A stretch of 64,000 nucleotides of DNA from positions 1,432,457-1,496,456 of the forward strand of contig NW_003314293.1 in the NCBI RefSeq assembly GCF_000143415.4. The letters are read 5' to 3'. Of the stretch, positions 56,909-64,000 are shown piece after piece (the first letter of the stretch is position 1; the number at the start of each line of letters is the position of its first letter). This DNA is from Selaginella moellendorffii. Its lineage: Eukaryota; Plantae; Lycopodiophyta. The translations under genes and the position numbers were made by a program. The notes beneath the pieces were generated by a model. That model made no database searches. It was not told the origin of the DNA and saw only the letters and a list, made by a program, of their open reading frames with translations.

Positions 56909-59026
56909 ATGCAGATCCACACCCGCATTCTCGTCGTAGCAATTGGCTTGCTCGTTGCAGCCGGTGTTTCAAGCGCCGCCGACTCTACTACTTCCACAAC
57001 TCGTGTCTACAACTTCACTGTAAGGGAGCTTGTTCTTTAGCGAAAGGGAATACCTCTTTGCTTGCCTGCTTTTGTTTGTTGCTCCAGCAGTAGTGACACT
57101 GTCTTGCTGCTGCTGCTGCTGCTCAGATCCGGTCGACAAACGTGAGGCGACTTTGCAACTCGAAGTCTCTTGTCGCTGTGAACGGAAGGTACCCCGGTCC
57201 GGTCATCTTTGCAAACCAAGGTGACCGTCTTCTCATCAATGTTACCAACAATGGACCGTATAACATCACGATGCACTGGTGAGCTTCTTCCCCGCGTAGA
57301 AATCCTGTTCTCTCGTCGTGAACTTAAGTCGCTGGATTTCTCACAGGCACGGCATCCGGCAGCTCTTCTCCTGCTGGGCCGATGGACCTGCCTATGTCAC
57401 CCAGTGCCCGATCCAACCTGGGGGATCATACCTCTACAACTACACCATTGTCAGGCAGAGCGGAACTCTCTTCTATCATGCTCACGAGACTTGGCTGCGA
57501 GCGACTGTCCACGGAGCCATGGTCGTCTTTCCAACTTCTGGAGAGCCTTATCCCTTTGTCTTCCCCAAGGAAGAGCACATCATAATTCTGGGTACAACGA
57601 AGAAGCAGCATTGTTCCTGGAACTGACTGACTTTCCGATTTCTTTCTCGCAGGCGAATGGTGGAATGCTAATGTCGAGGACGTCGAGACCCAAGCGCTGC
57701 TAACCGGCGGAGGCCCTGCTCTTTCGGATGCTTACACCATCAATGGATTGCCCGGCCCTCTCTACAACTGTTCCGCTAATGGTGAGTTCCACTTGCTGCT
57801 GCTCCCCTTAAACGCCAGAACTCGTACTCTAGCTTTCTTTTCCAGCCACTTTAAAGCTCTTCTCTTCCTTTCCGCTGAGATTCTCTGCCTGCTGCTATTG
57901 CTGCTGCTACAGACGTGTACAAGCTCCGGGTCCAACCAAACAAAGTCTACCTTCTTCGGATCATCAACGCAGCACTTAATATTGAGCTCTTCTTCTCGGT
58001 CGCTAACCATAACATCACGGTGGTGGAGACGGACGGAGACTACACCAAGCCTTATAGCACCACTTCCATCATGATAACTCCTGGCCAGACGACGAACGTT
58101 CTTCTCACCACTGATCAGCCTGTTGGACGCTACTACATGGGTGCCAGTCCCTACATGTCGGCGATGAACGTTCCTTTTCGCATGACTCCCACACTGGCAA
58201 TCCTCGAGTACGCTGGCTCCAATGCTTCCTCTACACCGGTGATGCCAAACTTCCCACAAAGTAACGACACTGCGTTCGTGACAACGTTTTCCACCAGCCT
58301 GCGAAGCCTTGCCAACGCTCAGCACCCGGAGCCCGTTCCACAGACGATAACTTCCAACTTTTTCCTCACGGTCGGACTCGGGGCGAAACCGTGCGACGCC
58401 AACTTTGGCTGCCAGGGACCGAATGGAAGCAAGTTCACGGCTTCCGTGAGTAACATATCGTTTGTTCTTCCATCTGTCTCCGTGCTCCAGGCCTATTTCT
58501 TCAACATTTCCAACGTCTTCTCCCCGGACTTCCCAGCCCAGCCTCTGAACGTGTTCGACTACACCGGAAATCCTCCAAGTAATATCACCCCGCTCCGAGG
58601 AACCAGAGCTGCTGTCATCCCTTTCAATGCCAGCGTCCAGATGGTGCTCCAGGACACCAGTATACTTGGGGTTGAGAACCACCCGATCCATCTCCATGGA
58701 TTTAGCTTCTACATTGTTGGCCAAGGATTTGGAAACTTCAATAACTCCGCAGCGGCAGCTTTCAATCTCGTGGACCCTCCTCGAAGAAACACAGTTGCTG
58801 TACCCGTTGGTGGCTGGGCTGCTATAAGATTCTGGGCCGATAATCCAGGTAGCCTGTTCAATCCTGCTAAATTCATCCTGTCGTTTCTGCTTCTGCAGGA
58901 GTCTGGTATATGCATTGCCATCTGGAAATCCACACGTCATGGGGACTAGCAACCACTTTCATCGTCCAGAATGGACCCGGTAACCAGACGCTTCCACCAC
59001 CTCCTCCCGATCTACCACAATGTTAG
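56909..59026 (+). CDS. Laccase (multicopper oxidase), multi-exon
   Basis: Signal peptide; [28 protein letters not shown] and HCHLEIH motifs; ends PPPDLPQC*. Confidence 0.95.
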
Positions 59027-59522
59027 ACAAGAAAAATTCGTTTGTGTTTACCTTAATTGTTTTAGAGCTCGTGCATAAGCTGAAGTCCCATTGAATGTGT
59101 CGGATACTGCTCGGAGGACCTACCCGTCATAAAGGAGCCAGAGCTTCCAGCCGATCCAGCCGATCTACCAAGATTTTAGACAAGAAAATTTGGTTTGTGT
59201 TTACCTGATTGTTTTAAAGCTCGTGTCCTGAAGCACTATTGAGTGTGTCGGATACTGCTCGGAGGACCAACCTGTAATAAAAGAGTCAGAGCCACATAGA
59301 CAAAGACATCAACATCTCCATTGGTATCAAATCGCCTTCCAGCTATGAAACGTACCTCCCCGAAAAACTTAGAAAAAGCGTGTCGGACGAGTTGGTAAGA
59401 GATTGTCTGAAAAGCGGAACAAACATCAATTTTTAAAAGGAAATTTGTCTGTGGAAGGCCATCTATATTTCTGGAAACACAAAATAACATGAGCGAATCA
59501 TTGTTGAGCGGCTGAATGATCT

Positions 59523-60986
59523 CTACGTAGTCGACGCGTGACTCCTCGCTGTGAAAGGGACACTTATTAAGACAGAATGATTTGATAAAAGCTCACCAAA
59601 GCTAGTTGTCATGGTGACCATATCTGCAGGAGCCTCTTTGAGAGTATGCCCTTGCATATAAACATCCTGAAAGTAGAACACCGAAAACAAAACTCATGCG
59701 AAGATTGTAGAAGACTGAGACTTACAGCAGCGAAGTGATTTATTTCGCGATGGTGTATTTCATCTGCCCGAATGACCATGACAACGTCCCGTAGTGTCGC
59801 ATCAATTGGCAACCTCCAGTAATCGATAGCAAGGTCCGGCGCAGAAGCGTTTGGGACCTTTCCGTCGTCTATGTCATTGATGAGTTGTGTATACGACTGG
59901 ATTGTCTCCTCTCTGATGTACCCCGCCATCCGATGAGCAAACCGAGGAGAAACGACGTAAAGCAGGAAATACGCGTTCATAAACATCCCTTGAGCAGTAA
60001 AAACCAAGGCCCGTTCCTGCCACGATGGTTTGGACAGCTCCATGAACGTCATCAGGTGCATTCGTTCGTTTTCTGCTTCTTCCATAAGAGCCTTGATCCA
60101 CCCTCCACTGTGCTCTACTCGCCTCAGAGACTTACAATGCAAAACCATCCCCCCAACCATTCCGGGAACACCAGAGATGGTTTCTAGCATTGCGGCTCGA
60201 CATATGTAACGTTGCTGCAATAACGAGAGAGAGCAAAAGCGAGCGTGAGAAACGTAAAGAAGAAAAACGAGAAAGCCAAAACTCACGTTACTGCTTTAGA
60301 TGTCAAACTTATATGAAACTTTAGAAATGGTTGTGCAGCATCACCCGAAAGAGCAAGTCGGTGGGAGATCTTAGAGCCATCACGGCCAGCCTCGCAAACT
60401 GGTCGGAGAAATTCTCTGGGTTCCTGTGCTTGTTTACGTCGATACTCGCCTCAGCCTCAATTATCCGGTTCTCCGATGGCTGAAAAGCTCTCCAAGTTAG
60501 AACCATCAATGATCGGACTCAAAAAACATACGAACTTACCCGGAAGGAATTCCAAATCTTCGACCCAACATCGTTCGGCTTGCCGAAACACACGCCCCAG
60601 TAACCGGGAGAAATCCCAGCATCACAAACTTGCTCGGCAGGAGAAGATGTTTCCAGTGCAGGAGGAACCACATTGTCCTCTATCGGAGGAGGAGCTTCCA
60701 TTTTATCTTCCAGAGGTTCTTGCACCATAGCAGCGGCAGAGCTGCTGTTCTTGATGTGTGTGGAAGTCAGCAGGTTCTTCATGGCAGCGGCGTGCTGCTG
60801 CTTCATCGACGACGAGAGCCCGATCAAAAAGTACTGCTTCTCCTTGGACGGCGGCGACATACACCCGTGCTTGATCGGCTTGGAAACGCAGTGCCCCAGC
60901 TCGAATGCGTTGCGGATCAAAGGCGTGTTGCTCACTGGCTGCCTGGCTAGCTGCCGCAGAGAGTTGAGAAATCTGCCCCCTCTCAT
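59523..60986 (-). CDS. AOX: Mitochondrial alternative oxidase (divergent), 4 exons
   Basis: Mitochondrial-type presequence; [22 protein letters not shown] and RADEIHH motifs; the LEEEA motif reads IREET. Confidence 0.9.
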
Positions 60987-61293
60987 CTTCAGGCGCTCGG
61001 CGAAGATCAGTACTCCCAGACGATCTGGCAAGAATCACTCACCAGCAGCCGAGCGGCATCGCCAGCCCCATCGCGGCCTCGCTCGCCATAGCCTGCCCTA
61101 TTGTCTGTTTAGCTCACCGTTACGCGGGAAAAGCACACGCGGCACAAAAAGATTGGTATACGTGGCAGCTATTTAATTCTTAAAATTTAAGAGAATATTC
61201 GTTAGGGTTTATTGGCGACCCACTGGCGCGAGCGAAAGAGGTAATCTCTGATTGATCGGGGCGCGAGTGTGTAGAGGATGAATTTTGGATGAA

Positions 61294-61817
61294 ATGCAGA
61301 GGATTTTGGAGGATCGAGGCCTCAAGCTGCGATTTCCAAAGCCCAGTAAAGAGAAATGCCAGTGGCTGGAGGAAGCATTAGAGGCAGCACGGATTCTAGA
61401 GCTCAACGAGGTAAGAGTTCGTCATTGCTCTATCGAAGATTTGCTGTTTTCTTTTGTTTTTCTTCTTTGCTCTCAGACAGAATGTTATTTTCTGGAAGAC
61501 GATGAAAGCGGCATGATCAGTGCTCGAAACGAAATGGCGTCGTTCGATCTTTGCTGGTTTCCAGCACGGATTCCGAGCTCGAGAAAATGGTTTTGAAAAG
61601 GCTGGATGAATTTAAAGCAATGTAGGCAACTTTGCCGCTCCGTGCGAGAGGAACGCAGAGAAATCTTTGTCTGAATGGGCAAAGGATAGAGGAGTCAAAA
61701 GCAACATTGACATAGCTGGTGCGTCTTGGTATTTTTTTCTGCGACGATCTTAAAAGCTTTGTGACAAAACAGATTTTGAAGGATATGGTAGAGGAGGGGC
61801 TGCAGCGTGCGATTTAA
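61294..61817 (+). CDS. Possible small spliced hypothetical gene, divergent from AOX
   Basis: ORF MQRILEDRGLKLRF...ELNE ends at a gtaag donor, followed by a pyrimidine tract and CAG; no recognisable domain. Confidence 0.3.
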
Positions 61818-62290
61818 AAGCTGGAGATCTCGTCCTTGACATTCCCAGCGAGATAATTATCTCTGAAACTGTCACGCTGGAGTGTGGTGAGTCGGATTTC
61901 TGTTCGACTCTTTGACGTCGTGATTTGAGAAGGGAAAAGTACTGGCGAGCAGTAGATAGTTGTTGAAGTTTTCTGGGAGGGGATTGTTCGTTTTCACGGG
62001 ATTCCTCAGGACATTGTTTGGTCTATTTTCTCCACTGATCGTTCAAGATTCTGATCTACAAGAGCATCTTCACGCCATACAGGAACTCCATACTCTTGTT
62101 TGCAAGCATCTCCATGCTGCCCAGGATTCCATGAAGGTTTTTGCGGACCAGCACAGAACTTTTCGAGCCTTTGTTGGGGACTGGATTTTGTACGGTTTCG
62201 GTTCGGTGGCCAATAATACTCTAGGGCACACATATTTAGGGGCCAATAAACCCTAACGAATATTCACAGACCTCTTCCTCTTCCTACAGC

Positions 62291-63350
62291 CTACAGTCTC
62301 AATGGAGGACAGATCATTAAACCATCCAGCAGGGATTGTTGAGACTGGTGTACGGCAACTTCGTGGTCGCCAACTCCACTCTGGGCGTAGCCGGCCATCA
62401 TCGCGTTCCGGGAAACAAGATTTCGCTCTGGCATGGCATCCAACAGCGCCCTGGCGCGGTCCAGATCCCCGCCCTGTGCGATCGCCACGGCAATCGTGGT
62501 GAAGGAGATCACGTCGGGCTGCGGCATTCGATCGAAGACCTCTACAGCGGCGATCAAACCCCCGCTCGCTGTGTAGGCCTGGATCATCGCGTTCCAGGAG
62601 ACGCAGTTCTTCTCTGGGATGCGATCCAAGAGATTCTTGGCCGAGGAGAGATCGCCGCTCTCGGCCGGCGCAATGGCCATGGCGTTCCAGGAAATGAGGC
62701 TCCACGTCGGCATTCGCCAAAATACCGCCACTGCCGCCCCGATTCGATCGTTCCTGGCATAGCCAGAGATCATCGACGTCCAGGAGCTACAATCCCGCCC
62801 AGGCGTCTTGGCCGTGAAAAGCGACGCTGCGGCATCCACATCCCCTTCCTGACAGCTCGCCTGGATCATCGCGTTCCAAGCCACAGCGCTCCTCTCCGGC
62901 ATCGCCTGGATCCCTCCTCGATCTTGCCCCGCGCGACGTGACCCGTGACGATCAGCGTCCAGGAGATGAGATCCGTGAGCGGCATTCTGTCAAAGACATC
63001 TCTGGCCCGGCGTACGCTTGGATCAGGAGACAACGTTCTTGCCCGGGGTGCGATTAAACAAAACCGTAGCCTCGTCCAGGAATCCATGGCTAATGCAGGA
63101 CACGAGGCTCTTCCTGGGAATGGAATCAAAGAGATTTCTGGCTAACAAGATGCCCTGATCGGGCATATGCTGCAAACATGAGATTCCACGGCACGGTATC
63201 GCTGCTGGGCATCTTCCGAAAGAGGTCCCAGGCATCTTCCAGCCGGCCCAGGGTGATGTTCCAGGAAAAGAGATTCCTGTGCCAGCGCCGCCGAGGGCGC
63301 CATACATCTGGACAGCGACGAAGGTCTTGCGGATCCAGCCATTGCTGGAG
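62291..63350 (-). pseudogene. PLS-class pentatricopeptide repeat gene, frameshifted
   Basis: Repeats such as FDRMPQPDVISFTT, SWNAMIQAY and MPERNLVS spread over several frames. Confidence 0.85.
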
Positions 63351-64000
63351 ACGTGGGTGTGGAGACTTCGCCAATGTGGCGGCATCCACGGAGGAGGGAC
63401 GCGGGCTTTCAATATACCGGGATTGGGCATATCCCTGGCATCTCTATGGCTTCAAAACTCGAGGCTCTACCTTGGAAGTATCAGCTGTCGTTGCGCGTCG
63501 ATTCCACCATTCTGATCGCCTTGCCAGAACGCACTGATCACTGTGGCCAGAACCGCGAGTTTGAATTGTTTGCCGATGAAGATCCTTGCCATTGCGAGTC
63601 AGTCCCGATCATGCTGCTGCTGGCACTGCTGCAGGGGTCTTTGCTCGATCGGCGCTCTCGGCTCCATGACGCTGAAGCATCCCGGGAGCAAGGAGCTCAC
63701 CCTCACCTCCTCGCTGCCGGTGAGCATCGCCACAACTTTGGACATTGCTGGACGCTGTGATGCTGTCGCTTGGGTGCTTATAACTTGTTCGTCGTCGGCA
63801 TTGTCGGCTCTCTTGTCCAGGAGTTCTAGTAGCTTATCGCTATGGTACTGATAATTGACGCGAGTTAAAGAGCAAACACTTCGTAAATCTTTATACGTAC
63901 GTGATCGAGAAGATGGGTCATGTCTTCACTCGTGGTGTCCAGATTGGTTCTTCCGCTCACGATTTCTAGTACCAGAACTCCAAAGCTGTAGACATCTGCA

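Noticed and set aside
57762-58952. 396-aa minus-strand ORF
   Set aside because: Antisense shadow of the large laccase exon.

Overview
This is compact, short-intron land-plant nuclear DNA. Tiny introns, PLS-type PPR style and the gene content suggest a lycophyte such as Selaginella; that is an inference. The left ~23 kb is a mosaic of nested inverted duplications whose copies are mostly decayed: 22-10184 mirrors 29271-39676, ~11300-14219 mirrors 2876-~5800, 15120-17571 mirrors 20090-22558, and 17574-19979 is a scrambled copy of 41708-44560. Recognisable genes: DNAJC11-like DnaJ, a plant membrane protein, serine carboxypeptidase S28 copies, class-3 lipase, F-box protein, ABCE/RLI, laccase, alternative oxidase, a PPR pseudogene and tRNA-Ile(AAU). 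Best novelty candidates: (1) a small spliced WWE + minimal PARP-like ADP-ribosyltransferase-fold gene family (two intact copies, two relics) that is not visible as a single ORF; (2) a complete Cassandra-type TRIM with 5S rRNA-derived LTRs; (3) Ser/Pro-rich disordered proteins with C-terminal Cys/CaaX motifs, one also with an N-myristoylation motif; (4) a head-to-head telomere-repeat insertion at a repair scar; (5) an AOX lacking one canonical iron ligand; (6) an orphan type-I membrane gene built from phase-0 microexons. All calls were made by eye; exon boundaries and breakpoints are approximate unless stated.
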